Positions 41,862 to 50,894 of a DNA stretch of 64,000 nt are shown here, piece by piece; positions within the stretch are counted from its first letter, which is position 1; each line of letters opens with the position of its first letter. This stretch comes from Eubacteriales bacterium (lineage in GTDB: Bacteria > Bacillota > Clostridia > Oscillospirales > CAG-272). The notes beneath the pieces are model-generated. The model was given only the letters and a program-made list of their open reading frames with translations, did no database searches and was not told the origin of the DNA. Location: NCBI GenBank assembly GCA_045660325.1, contig JAZRDO010000022.1:12334-76333 (forward strand). The letters run 5' to 3'. The translations under genes and the position numbers were made by a program.

Positions 41862-43067
41862 ATGAAGTATAATATCTTAATTAAATACGTAAACTCGATC
41901 CCGTCTGCGACCAAAGAAAACAGGATCGACATCGCAAGGATCCGTCTTTTGTGTGAGAAGCTCGGCAGGGTAAACGTCGGCGCGGGCTATATCTACGCAT
42001 CGGGCGGGGAGTATGCTCACGGTGTCGGTACCATCCTTGAGTCCGTGCTTTGCAGCGCGGGTTACGGCGTGGGCAGGATAACCGACGTCTATAATTTCGA
42101 TATCAAGAGATCGGTATTTATTGACGGCGCTTCACCGAGCATTGAGGAATATACGAATATTCTTACGTATATCCGAGATATTTTGAAGAAAAATAAGGAA
42201 ACACCCTTTCTTCGCGAGGAGGTAGTTTTCGCATTTTGCCTTTACGTTTGTAAAACCATCGGCGTAAAATACGTTATTTTGGAAAATACGCGTGAGGATG
42301 CTAAGGTAATGTTTGAGTCCTGCGCTCCGTATAATTTCGCCGTAATCCCCAAGCTTTACGGGGATGTTCGCGAGGACGAGCTCAAGCTTGTAAGCGAATG
42401 TATTGATAAGGTGAACCGAGGCGTTGTTACGGGAAATAATCATCTTTACAATTATTTCTCGGGCAGATGTCATAAGGCGGGAATAAGGCTTTCTATTCAT
42501 AGAAGCGTTGATCTTATCGATGAGAAGATCCGTCAGCAAATATTCCTCTACAATAAGAAGGAATATATTCTTAAAAGCTTGTCTGACGTACTTCGTGATG
42601 CCGCGATCTCGACTCTTGAGCTTGTGGATATGATGAACAAGCACGGCGCAAAAATTCCCCCATCGGCAATACTTGAGGGAGTGAAATTTGCGGGCAATTG
42701 CGGATGTATGGACGTTGTGTCTATTTCGCCTATGATCATTTGTAATATGCTCGGCACCGTCGGCGAGGTAATGGAGCTTCATAAGCAAATTGAGGATTAC
42801 CGAAGCAAGAACGGCTACGGCAAGGTTGTGCTTTGTATTGACGGCTCGGACGTGGCAGGTGAGCTTGCTGCAAACGAGTTCTTACTCGGTGGCAACTCCG
42901 AAATCATATACGTGGGCGCGAATGAAACTGCTCACGTGCCCTTGAAGGATGCCGTAAATAAAATAGTTGATGAGGAAAATCGCGATGCGATAACACTCAT
43001 TGTGGGCGATCTTGATTTTATTGAAAACGTCAAGAGCGCGATAAGATCCAAAATGGATAAATATTAA
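41862..43067 (+). CDS. Degenerate FolC/Mur-ligase-like protein (probable pseudoenzyme)
   Basis: Collinear with FolC by eye, but the P-loop GTNGKGS is replaced by SGGEYAHG, GLGGRxD by NTREDAK, and WPGR by NCGC. Confidence 0.5.
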   Translation: MKYNILIKYVNSIPSATKENRIDIARIRLLCEKLGRVNVGAGYIYASGGEYAHGVGTILESVLCSAGYGVGRITDVYNFDIKRSVFIDGASPSIEEYTNILTYIRDILKKNKETPFLREEVVFAFCLYVCKTIGVKYVILENTREDAKVMFESCAPYNFAVIPKLYGDVREDELKLVSECIDKVNRGVVTGNNHLYNYFSGRCHKAGIRLSIHRSVDLIDEKIRQQIFLYNKKEYILKSLSDVLRDAAISTLELVDMMNKHGAKIPPSAILEGVKFAGNCGCMDVVSISPMIICNMLGTVGEVMELHKQIEDYRSKNGYGKVVLCIDGSDVAGELAANEFLLGGNSEIIYVGANETAHVPLKDAVNKIVDEENRDAITLIVGDLDFIENVKSAIRSKMDKY

Positions 43068-43099
43068 AATATACATAAAGAAAGGCGAGGATAAAAATT

Positions 43100-44434
43100 A
43101 TGGCAATTAAGATTTCCGACAGATATCTTACTGGCTTTGTGTCAGAGCATGAGTATGAGGGTGTGCGCCGAGAGGTCGAAATGGCTCACGAAATGCTTGT
43201 GTCAAGGAGTGGCGCGGGCGCGGATTTTCTTGGCTGGACAACACTTCCTTCTGACTATGACAAGGAGGAATTCGCAAGAATAAAGATTGCGGCCGAAAAG
43301 ATCAAAAAAAGCTGCGACGTATTTATTGCGATCGGTATTGGCGGCTCTTATCTTGGAGCGCGCGCGGTTATTGATTTCCTCAAATCCCCTAACTATAACA
43401 ATATTAAAAAGGACACGCCCGATATTTATTTCGCAGGATGTGATATAAGCGCGGCATCTATTGCGGAGCTTGTGGAAATTTGTGACGGCAAGGATATTTG
43501 TATCAACGTAATTTCCAAGTCGGGAACAACGACCGAGCCTGCGGTTGCCTTCAGAGTTTTCCGTGAAATTCTTGAAAAAAAGTACGGTAAGGAGGGCGCA
43601 AGAGAGCGAATTTTCGTTACTACCGATAAGGCGAGAGGCACACTTAAGTCCTTCTCGGATGCGGCGGGCTACGAGACGTTTGTTGTACCGGATGACGTAG
43701 GCGGAAGATTCTCCGTATTAACAGCCGTTGGTCTTCTTCCGATCGCGGTTGCGGGCATTGATATTGACAAGCTTATGGGCGGCGCTTACGACGCTATGGT
43801 TGAGTATTCAAATCCCGATATCAATGTGAATGCGGCGTATAAATATGCAGCGATAAGAAACATTCTTTACCGCAAGGGCAAGGTTACAGAGATTCTTGTT
43901 GGCTACGAATCCTATCAGAGAATGATGAACGAGTGGTGGAAGCAGCTCTACGGCGAGAGCGAGGGTAAGGATCAGAAGGGTATTTTCCCCGCGTCCGTAA
44001 TTTTCTCCACCGACCTTCATTCTCTCGGTCAGTACATTCAGGACGGTATGAGAAACCTCTTTGAGACGGTTATCGCGATCGAGGACGGCGGCGTGGAGTT
44101 CAATATTCCTCACGATCCTCAGAACATTGACGGACTCAACTTCCTCTCCGGAGTTGACCTCAACAAGGTTAAGAAGACCGCGATGCAGGGAACGCTTCTC
44201 GCTCACGTTGACGGTGGTGTGCCCAATATTCTCATTGAGATGCGCGCAAGAGACGAATATTCTCTTGGCTATCTTATCTATTTCTTTGAGGTTGCCTGCG
44301 CTATTTCCGGCTATATGCTCGGCGTAAATCCCTTCAATCAGCCCGGTGTTGAGGCGTATAAGAAGAATATGTTTGCGCTCCTCGGCAAGCCCGGATACGA
44401 GGATATGAAGGCGGCTCTTGAGGCAAGACTTTGA
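43100..44434 (+). CDS. pgi: Glucose-6-phosphate isomerase
   Basis: Firmicute-type PGI of about 445 aa with the GIGGSYLG motif. Confidence 0.95.
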   Translation: MAIKISDRYLTGFVSEHEYEGVRREVEMAHEMLVSRSGAGADFLGWTTLPSDYDKEEFARIKIAAEKIKKSCDVFIAIGIGGSYLGARAVIDFLKSPNYNNIKKDTPDIYFAGCDISAASIAELVEICDGKDICINVISKSGTTTEPAVAFRVFREILEKKYGKEGARERIFVTTDKARGTLKSFSDAAGYETFVVPDDVGGRFSVLTAVGLLPIAVAGIDIDKLMGGAYDAMVEYSNPDINVNAAYKYAAIRNILYRKGKVTEILVGYESYQRMMNEWWKQLYGESEGKDQKGIFPASVIFSTDLHSLGQYIQDGMRNLFETVIAIEDGGVEFNIPHDPQNIDGLNFLSGVDLNKVKKTAMQGTLLAHVDGGVPNILIEMRARDEYSLGYLIYFFEVACAISGYMLGVNPFNQPGVEAYKKNMFALLGKPGYEDMKAALEARL

Positions 44435-44484
44435 GGTTTTATTAAAAAATCTTGCAAAAGCATTAATTTTTTAACAAAACCCAC

Positions 44485-44513
44485 TTGAAAAATAAGAAAA
44501 TGTATGTTATAAT
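44485..44513 (+). promoter_or_regulatory. Sigma-A promoter
   Basis: TTGAAA, 17 nt spacer, then TG-n-TATAAT. Confidence 0.65.
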
Positions 44514-44590
44514 TGACGTACAGAAAATAATTATTTATTTTTATAGTTCCTAAAATTTTTTGAAAGCGCGAAAGCGCGAGGAGGTTCATT

Positions 44591-44998
44591 ATGGTTAAGA
44601 TGATTATCGGTGTTAAGGGTACAGGTAAGACAAAGGCGCTTATCAACCTCGTTAACGAAGCAGCTGAAGCAACAAAGGGTACAGTAGTATGTATCGAAAA
44701 GGGCACAGGTCTTCGCTTTGACATCAAGCACACCGTAAGACTTATAAATACAAACGAGTATCTTATTTTTGACTGCGAAGCACTTTACGGCTTTATCGCA
44801 GGTATTCTTGCAAGCAACCACGACGTAACAGACGTTTTCGTTGACTCTGCTCTCAAGATCGCTAACAACGAGATCGCAAAGTTTGATGAGTTCGTAAAGA
44901 AGGTTGACGAGCTCGGCGAAAAGCTTGGCGTTAACATCGTTATGACTTCTTCCATTCCCGCTGAAGAAGTAAGCGACGTAGTAAAGAAGTATCTCTGA
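44591..44998 (+). CDS. Small P-loop protein (135 aa), function unknown
   Basis: Walker A-like GVKGTGKT at residues 7-14 and a Walker B-like VFVDSA. Strong GAGGAGG RBS. Confidence 0.6.
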   Translation: MVKMIIGVKGTGKTKALINLVNEAAEATKGTVVCIEKGTGLRFDIKHTVRLINTNEYLIFDCEALYGFIAGILASNHDVTDVFVDSALKIANNEIAKFDEFVKKVDELGEKLGVNIVMTSSIPAEEVSDVVKKYL

Positions 44999-45004
44999 TT
45001 TACA

Positions 45005-45074
45005 TAAAAAAGAACTGCCGTGCGGCAGTTCTTTTTTTGTTTAAAAGGACTTCGGTTGACCGAAGTCCTTTTTG
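45005..45074. terminator. Two back-to-back terminator hairpins between convergent genes
   Basis: GAACTGCC..GGCAGTTC followed by T7, then GGACTTCGG-TTGA-CCGAAGTCC followed by T5. Confidence 0.8.
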
Positions 45075-45076
45075 CT

Positions 45077-45904
45077 TTATTTGAGATTTTTTCTTGAAAA
45101 CTTGAAGATTCCAAGACCGATAGATCCTGCAATCGTAAGGATGGGGGAGAGGAGTATGTAGAAAACTTCCTTCCCTGTGTAGCTTGAACCGGACCCTATG
45201 AGTGTAGAGGTGTAATAATTGAGATAATCTGCAATTTCAATAATTTTAAATGCGATTGATTCCTTGTCCATAAGGATATCGGGAAGCTGAGTTATAATCG
45301 TAGTTAGAGAGCCTACTATTGAAAGACCGAGTGATACAGCAAGATAAAGAACTATACAAATGCCCATGTTTTTTGAGATCGTTGCAATAAATGTTACTGT
45401 GGCGGCGATTGCTACATAAATGAGCATTTTAAAGCCGACTGAAGTCATAAGATAACCGAAATCAGCTGCTGTAAACGGATCGTTATGATAAGGGAAGAAG
45501 CAAAGAGATATTCCCAGCGTGAGGAGCGCGTGTGCGAGTATTATAAATGATATAACCGTTGATGCCGTGAGGAAATGTGAGAGGAATATAGAAGCTCTCG
45601 ATTTTCCGCTGATTATCTTGTTTCTTACCGTGCCTTGACTGAAATCCTTGCAAACGATGATAGCTATCAGTATCGGCATAATAAGACCGAGGTTATCACC
45701 CGGTGCAAACGCTGTAAAGAACAGGGATTTGGAATTAATCATCATTCCCCCTGCGTCCTCGATACCAAGAGCAACGAAAAGAAGCTTATACAAAAGAGGA
45801 TTTACAGCCGAAAACACGCCCGCCAATATACATGTTACAAGGAAAAGCTTATCCTTTAATATTCTTTTTATATCTGTTACGTACAAATTACGCATTATTG
45901 CCAC
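45077..45904 (-). CDS. ABC-2 type transporter permease
   Basis: About 6 TM segments. Overlaps and follows the ATPase gene. Confidence 0.7.
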   Translation of the reverse strand: MAIMRNLYVTDIKRILKDKLFLVTCILAGVFSAVNPLLYKLLFVALGIEDAGGMMINSKSLFFTAFAPGDNLGLIMPILIAIIVCKDFSQGTVRNKIISGKSRASIFLSHFLTASTVISFIILAHALLTLGISLCFFPYHNDPFTAADFGYLMTSVGFKMLIYVAIAATVTFIATISKNMGICIVLYLAVSLGLSIVGSLTTIITQLPDILMDKESIAFKIIEIADYLNYYTSTLIGSGSSYTGKEVFYILLSPILTIAGSIGLGIFKFSRKNLK

Positions 45905-46811
45905 CTCCCATCATGGAAAGATAGTAGTCCTCAATGCTTGAACGGTAGCTTACGACTGATGTGATCTTAATATTTGCATCTATTATCTTGCCGAGGATTG
46001 CATTGATGTCAATATCGCCGTCGATACGGATGCAGTCGTCGATCCGTCGCAGTGAGCCCTCGTTAAGGGATGGAGCGAGCAAGGACATAGTCGAGTCTAT
46101 ATCTTCGGTCCTAATCTCAAGCGTGTGGGGACATACTCCTTCAAGCTCGGATGCGGTAATTTCCTTTATAAGTTTTCCGCGGGAGATAATGCCGTAGTTT
46201 GTCGCAACGAGCGCAAGCTCGGTTAAAATATGTGAGGAAATAAGGAACGTGATACCCATATCGCGATTGAGACGTAAGATAAGCTCGCGGATCTCAACGA
46301 TACCCGCGGGATCGAGCCCATTCATCGGCTCGTCGAGAATAATGAATTCGGGATTGCCGAGAAGAGCCATAGCGATTCCGAGTCGCTGTCTCATGCCGAG
46401 AGAGAAGTCACCCGCGTGCTTTTTTACGCCCCAAAGCTCGCCAAGACCGACGGTCTTGAGGGTTTCGAGACATTTTTCCTCGTCGTGAATACCGAGAATG
46501 CTGCTTTGCATCATAAGATTGTCGCGAGCAGACATATTGAGATAGATGGATGGGGATTCAACGATTGCTCCTACTTTCGAGCGAGCCTCGCGTATTTTGG
46601 GGTCGCTATTCTTTACTCCGAAAAGGGTAAATTCGCCGCTGTCGGCATAAATAAGTCCTGTAATAAGTCTAATAACCGTGGTCTTACCCGAGCCGTTTTC
46701 ACCTACGAAGCCGTAGATATCGCCGCGGCGGATGTTCATCGTAACGCCGTTAAGAACCTTGTTCCTTTTGTAGCTTTTGGTAAGTCCGTTTGTTTGAAGT
46801 ACGAATTCCAA
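45888..46811 (-). CDS. ABC transporter ATP-binding protein (ABC-2/bacitracin-type exporter)
   Basis: Walker A GENGSGKTT, signature FSLGMRQR, Walker B FIILDEP. Confidence 0.85.
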   Translation of the reverse strand: MEFVLQTNGLTKSYKRNKVLNGVTMNIRRGDIYGFVGENGSGKTTVIRLITGLIYADSGEFTLFGVKNSDPKIREARSKVGAIVESPSIYLNMSARDNLMMQSSILGIHDEEKCLETLKTVGLGELWGVKKHAGDFSLGMRQRLGIAMALLGNPEFIILDEPMNGLDPAGIVEIRELILRLNRDMGITFLISSHILTELALVATNYGIISRGKLIKEITASELEGVCPHTLEIRTEDIDSTMSLLAPSLNEGSLRRIDDCIRIDGDIDINAILGKIIDANIKITSVVSYRSSIEDYYLSMMGGGNNA

Positions 46812-46899
46812 AATAAAGTCTCCTTTCGTTAATATGCTTTACGTAGCTATTATATCATATTTTCCTGTATTTGTCTATATACCGCAGGTAGAATTCAGG

Positions 46900-47871
46900 T
46901 CAATTTGAAAGCGTATTTGTAATAATATACTTTTGAAGCGCGAGCAGCCCGCCCTTTACGTAGTAATGCGGCAAGGAGTCGGACAAATAAAGCCTTCTTC
47001 CGTCGCGGAAGCTAAGCTTAAGCCTGTCTGCTATACTGTTATTTATTCCGGAGCCGAAAACAAAGCGGTCGGATTCAACGAGGAAAAGCTTGACGTCAAG
47101 CAAGGCGGATGCGGAATTGACTATCTTAAAGACAACGTCGCATACCATTTCAGGAGAGATACAGCTTTCAAGCTTTTCACGCAGCATATTCCCGTCGTTA
47201 TCTATAAGTACCGAGGGATTGCTTTTGATGACGACTTCATTGCTCACGTAATACGCGAGATTTCTGTTTCCGATGCAAAGATAATACATACTGTCGGTCG
47301 GAAAATGCGAGTCACAGGACGATCTCAAAAGTGAGGACAGGCAGCTCGGCACGTCAAGCGCGAGGGCGCGGGCACCTGCAAAGCAATCGGAGAATATATC
47401 GATAGCCTTGAATTTGAATATATCGTCAGCCTCCGCAAAAATGATTCCAACACCGCTTAATTTGCTTGCTTTGTCTGAAAACAGGGAACGCGCGCGTTCC
47501 GACAGGATGATAAGGTTATCGGTGTCGTCAATAGAGTGATTGTACGCGTAATTCATTTGCGCATAAAGTCTTCCGCGGGCATCCAAAAGATAAATTGAGT
47601 AAATGTTAAACGAAAGATCGGCTATAATAAACCTAAGCTCGTCGGAAATATACAGCTCCTGCGAGCGACTCTTTTTGGACTGTCTTTCGTCGATGAGGTA
47701 TGAATCGGCAAGGCGGGAAATCGCGCGGCATACCGTCATTTCGGTTATACCGCAATATTCCGCGATGCTTCGTCTTGTGGGATTCTTTATGTTGATTAAG
47801 GCATCGGCAATAAGGGACGCGGTCGGTCTTTTCGTCTCTCGCGCTGCCGACGTTGATTGTAAGTGCTTCAT
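46900..47871 (-). CDS. Winged-HTH regulator with a degenerate ROK/sugar-kinase-like C-terminal domain
   Basis: The N-terminal segment RRSIAEYCGITEMTVCRAISRLADSYLI looks like a wHTH. The remainder has an actin-ATPase-like length but no obvious ROK zinc motif. Start set at MKHLQ. Confidence 0.45.
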   Translation of the reverse strand: MKHLQSTSAARETKRPTASLIADALINIKNPTRRSIAEYCGITEMTVCRAISRLADSYLIDERQSKKSRSQELYISDELRFIIADLSFNIYSIYLLDARGRLYAQMNYAYNHSIDDTDNLIILSERARSLFSDKASKLSGVGIIFAEADDIFKFKAIDIFSDCFAGARALALDVPSCLSSLLRSSCDSHFPTDSMYYLCIGNRNLAYYVSNEVVIKSNPSVLIDNDGNMLREKLESCISPEMVCDVVFKIVNSASALLDVKLFLVESDRFVFGSGINNSIADRLKLSFRDGRRLYLSDSLPHYYVKGGLLALQKYIITNTLSN

Positions 47872-47993
47872 TTTTTTCTTCCTGCTTGTACTGATATTTA
47901 CATCATTATATATCAAAAAATCGTATATGTCAATAAATCGGGGAAAATACCCAAAAAACTTTATAGAAATTTGTAAAATATGCAAAAAAACTA

Positions 47994-48022
47994 TTGACAA
48001 AAGCAGGTCTTAATGATATAAT
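47994..48022 (+). promoter_or_regulatory. Sigma-A promoter for rplU-prp-rpmA
   Basis: TTGACA, 17 nt spacer, TATAAT. An untranslated leader of about 90 nt follows; it could be an L21-leader type element but was not verified. Confidence 0.65.
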
Positions 48023-48114
48023 AGGAATGCCGCGTAAAAATGGCTTTTTTAAGTGTGCCTATTTTTGGTACCGCCATTGTTTAGCGAGACTTATATGAAA
48101 GAGAGGTGCTTTTC

Positions 48115-48423
48115 GTGTTCGCAATTATTACAACTGGCGGAAAGCAGTACAAAGTTACAGAGCAGGATATTATCTTTGTTGAAAAGCTTAACTGCGCTGA
48201 GGGTGAAGAAGTTACATTTGATGTTGTTGCATTGTCAACAGAGACAGGCTTTAAGGCAGGTACTCCTACAGTAGAGGGTGCAAGCGTTAAGGGCGTTGTT
48301 GTTAAGAACGGCAAGGGCAAGAAGATCTACGTAATGAAGTACAAGTCCAAGAAGAACGAGAAGAAGAAGATGGGCCACAGACAGCCCTACACAAAGATTC
48401 AGATCACAAGCATTGTTGGCTGA
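48115..48423 (+). CDS. rplU: 50S ribosomal protein L21
   Basis: FAIITTGGKQYKV N-terminus. GTG start behind AGAGAGG. Confidence 0.9.
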   Translation: MFAIITTGGKQYKVTEQDIIFVEKLNCAEGEEVTFDVVALSTETGFKAGTPTVEGASVKGVVVKNGKGKKIYVMKYKSKKNEKKKMGHRQPYTKIQITSIVG

Positions 48424-48440
48424 TTCTAAAGTGAGTTATT

Positions 48441-48806
48441 ATGACTAAACTCGTTTTTTACAGAAGCGGTGGAGTTTTCTACGGTTTTAAGGAGCAGGGT
48501 CACACTGGTTACGGTGAAGAGGGCGACGACGTGCTTTGCGCGGCGTTATCCGCTATGACGATGCTTATAATCAATACTGTTGAGGTCGCTTACGATTCCC
48601 ATATTGATTATACAATTGATGAGAAGACAACAGACATCCGCATTAAGTCCAAGTCCGCGCTTCCCGAATTTGAGGAGGACGAACTCAAGAGATACGCAGT
48701 ATCGGGTATCTTCTTAGCTTACTACAAGCAGATTGAAGATATGATGGACGAATACTACGACTACCTTGATCTTACGGTAGTTGACAAACCCTATGACGAC
48801 GTGTAA
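48441..48806 (+). CDS. prp: Ribosomal-processing cysteine protease Prp
   Basis: Lies between rplU and rpmA. Has the GH...LCAALS catalytic His/Cys pattern. Confidence 0.85.
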   Translation: MTKLVFYRSGGVFYGFKEQGHTGYGEEGDDVLCAALSAMTMLIINTVEVAYDSHIDYTIDEKTTDIRIKSKSALPEFEEDELKRYAVSGIFLAYYKQIEDMMDEYYDYLDLTVVDKPYDDV

Positions 48807-48843
48807 TCGTCGCAGCTAATTAAAATTTTTGGAGGTAAAGATA

Positions 48844-49119
48844 ATGGTAAAGCTTAGTTTACAGTTCTTTGCTCATAAGAAGGGCGTAGGTTCTACAAAG
48901 AACGGTCGTGATTCTGAATCCAAGCGTCTCGGCACAAAGAGAGCAGACGGTCAGGCAGTTCTCGCTGGTAACATTCTTGTTAGACAGAGAGGAACAGCTA
49001 TCCGCCCCGGTAACAACGTTGGTATCGGTAAGGATGACACACTCTTCGCGCTTATTGACGGTAAGGTTAAGTTTGAGCAGAAGGCAGGCAGAAAGCAGGT
49101 AAGCGTTTACGCTGACTGA
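48844..49119 (+). CDS. rpmA: 50S ribosomal protein L27 with an N-terminal propeptide
   Basis: [10 protein letters not shown] followed by [14 protein letters not shown]. The Firmicute Prp cleavage motif sits before the mature N-terminus. Confidence 0.9.
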   Translation: MVKLSLQFFAHKKGVGSTKNGRDSESKRLGTKRADGQAVLAGNILVRQRGTAIRPGNNVGIGKDDTLFALIDGKVKFEQKAGRKQVSVYAD

Positions 49120-49226
49120 TTATGTAACAAAAAGAGGCTTCTTCATTTAGCGAAGAACAAAAGCCACTTTATGTTAAAGGACGACAATTAATTTTAAATA
49201 TAAGTTTTGTCCTTTTTCAAATGACG

Positions 49227-49256
49227 AAAACCGCCGAGGACTCGGCGGTTTTCCTC
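49227..49256 (+). terminator. Terminator-like hairpin downstream of rpmA
   Basis: CCGCCGA-GGAC-TCGGCGG followed by TTTTCC, preceded by AAAA. Confidence 0.6.
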
Positions 49257-49376
49257 ATTTTATGTGGCTTTTTAGTCGCGCTCGAACCTTCTGGCGTACC
49301 CTCGTACGCCTACGAACGTTCGATCACGCCTTCTTCATCTAAATGGCGTCCTCTTTTCTCTTAAAACGGAGTAATT

Positions 49377-50051
49377 ATGGATTTTGAAATTCTTTATGAG
49401 GATAAATATCTTCTTGTGGCAAATAAGCCGCGCGGGGTGATCTCACAGGATAGTGAGGGAGAGTGCTTTCCCAAAATGATAAAGGAAAGGCTCGGGCTTG
49501 ATTATCTCGGCGTAGTGCATCGTCTTGACACGACTACAAGCGGTCTTATACTTTATTCTAAGGACAAAAGATATACCGGCAAGCTCTCCGAGCTTGTGTC
49601 GGGTGGAGATTACTACAAGGAGTATTTGGCGGTCTCAGAGGGTGTCGTACCCTTTGATGAGTGCGAGAAAAATGCGAGCGGTATGGTTGAGCTTTGCGAT
49701 TTTCTCTATCACGACAAGGTAAAAAACAAGTCGTTCGTGGTAAGGGGAGAACGTAAGGGTGCGAAAAAGGCTGTTCTTGAATATAAGACGCTTGATACAA
49801 AGGAAAACGCGAAGGGTGAGAGTAAGAGCCTTTTGCGAGTGCATCTAATTACGGGCAGAACGCACCAGATAAGAGTACAGTTCGGCTCGCGTGGGCATTC
49901 TCTTTGTGGAGACGGTAAGTATGGTTCGCGTGATAACGGTTGTGTCTGCGCTCTTCATTCGCACAGATGTGAATTTATGCATCCTATATTTAATAAGAAA
50001 ATTGAGATTGAATGCAAGCCGAAGAATGAATATCCGTGGAATCTGTTTTAA
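49377..50051 (+). CDS. RluA-family pseudouridine synthase (no S4 domain)
   Basis: Catalytic motif HRLDTTTSGLILYSK. Confidence 0.8.
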   Translation: MDFEILYEDKYLLVANKPRGVISQDSEGECFPKMIKERLGLDYLGVVHRLDTTTSGLILYSKDKRYTGKLSELVSGGDYYKEYLAVSEGVVPFDECEKNASGMVELCDFLYHDKVKNKSFVVRGERKGAKKAVLEYKTLDTKENAKGESKSLLRVHLITGRTHQIRVQFGSRGHSLCGDGKYGSRDNGCVCALHSHRCEFMHPIFNKKIEIECKPKNEYPWNLF

Positions 50052-50805
50052 TATAACGCGCAGGGCTTGAGGCCTGCGCGTTTTTTATATATTCCGCAAT
50101 GGATTCCGCAATGCTTTTTGACAGCGCGATCTGGTAACCCGAGTCGCAGAGATTTGCCGCCTCGCGCGGATTTGAGAGAAATCCGCATTCAATAAGCACG
50201 GCGGGGCATTGAATTTTACTCATAATATAAATATTATCTCCCGTAGGCTTTGTTTGTCGCTTGTTGCCCACCTGAAAGAGTGAGTTGTTTCGCTCCTGAA
50301 TCGTCTTTGCAAGCGGCTGGGAGCAGGGATTATTTTGCGAATACCACACCTGAAGACCCGAATACTGCGGATCTACGTAGGAATTCATGTGTATGCTTAC
50401 GAATATTGAATTGGGATTCTCCTCGACTATCTTAAGACGTGCCGCCGCGTCAAGCTTTTTCTTTTGCCCTTTGTAATTTACGCTCGTGTCGTACAAAAGC
50501 TTATCCTCGGTGCGTGTCATTATTACGGAAATACCCATGCTCTCAAGGTCTTTTTTGAGAAATTCCGCAATTTTGAGATTTAAGTCCTTTTCAAGCGTGC
50601 CCGACGGAGTTTGTGTGCCTCCGTCCTCTCCGCCGTGCCCCGCATCAATTATGACCGTGGTATATTTCTTTTGGGGCTCGGCGGACGTAGGTGTGTCGTC
50701 CTTTTTATTTTTGTTTGGAAAGAAATAAATAAGGCATAAAAGAATTATTGCCGAGATGACCGTGAAAATGAAAAACTTGAATACAAATGTGCTTTTATCT
50801 TTCAT
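49990..50805 (-). CDS. cwlD: N-acetylmuramoyl-L-alanine amidase, CwlD-like
   Basis: N-terminal TM, IIDAGHGGEDGG and VSIHMNS blocks. The C-terminal tail of about 30 aa overlaps the convergent rluA-like gene. Confidence 0.75.
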   Translation of the reverse strand: MKDKSTFVFKFFIFTVISAIILLCLIYFFPNKNKKDDTPTSAEPQKKYTTVIIDAGHGGEDGGTQTPSGTLEKDLNLKIAEFLKKDLESMGISVIMTRTEDKLLYDTSVNYKGQKKKLDAAARLKIVEENPNSIFVSIHMNSYVDPQYSGLQVWYSQNNPCSQPLAKTIQERNNSLFQVGNKRQTKPTGDNIYIMSKIQCPAVLIECGFLSNPREAANLCDSGYQIALSKSIAESIAEYIKNAQASSPARYIKTDSTDIHSSACIQSQFSY

Positions 50806-50859
50806 ATATACTCCGAAAAATGATATATGAAATAATATGAAAAGAGTGTTGTAAATATG

Positions 50860-50892
50860 AAAAAAGCAGACGGCATTCGCCGTCTGCTTTTA
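50860..50892. terminator. Bidirectional terminator
   Basis: GCAGACGG-CATTCG-CCGTCTGC flanked by A and T runs. Confidence 0.8.
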
Positions 50893-50894
50893 TA

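Noticed and set aside
48023-48114. Possible ribosomal L21-leader RNA upstream of rplU.
   Set aside because: A leader of the right length with AATGGC/GCCATT pairing exists, but I could not match it confidently to the known motif without a covariance-model search. It is mentioned only under the promoter feature.
49306-49325. CGAACGTTCG palindrome, considered as a LexA box.
   Set aside because: It lacks the 4-nt spacer of the GAAC-N4-GTTC Cheo box. More likely part of an RNA stem in the spacer.
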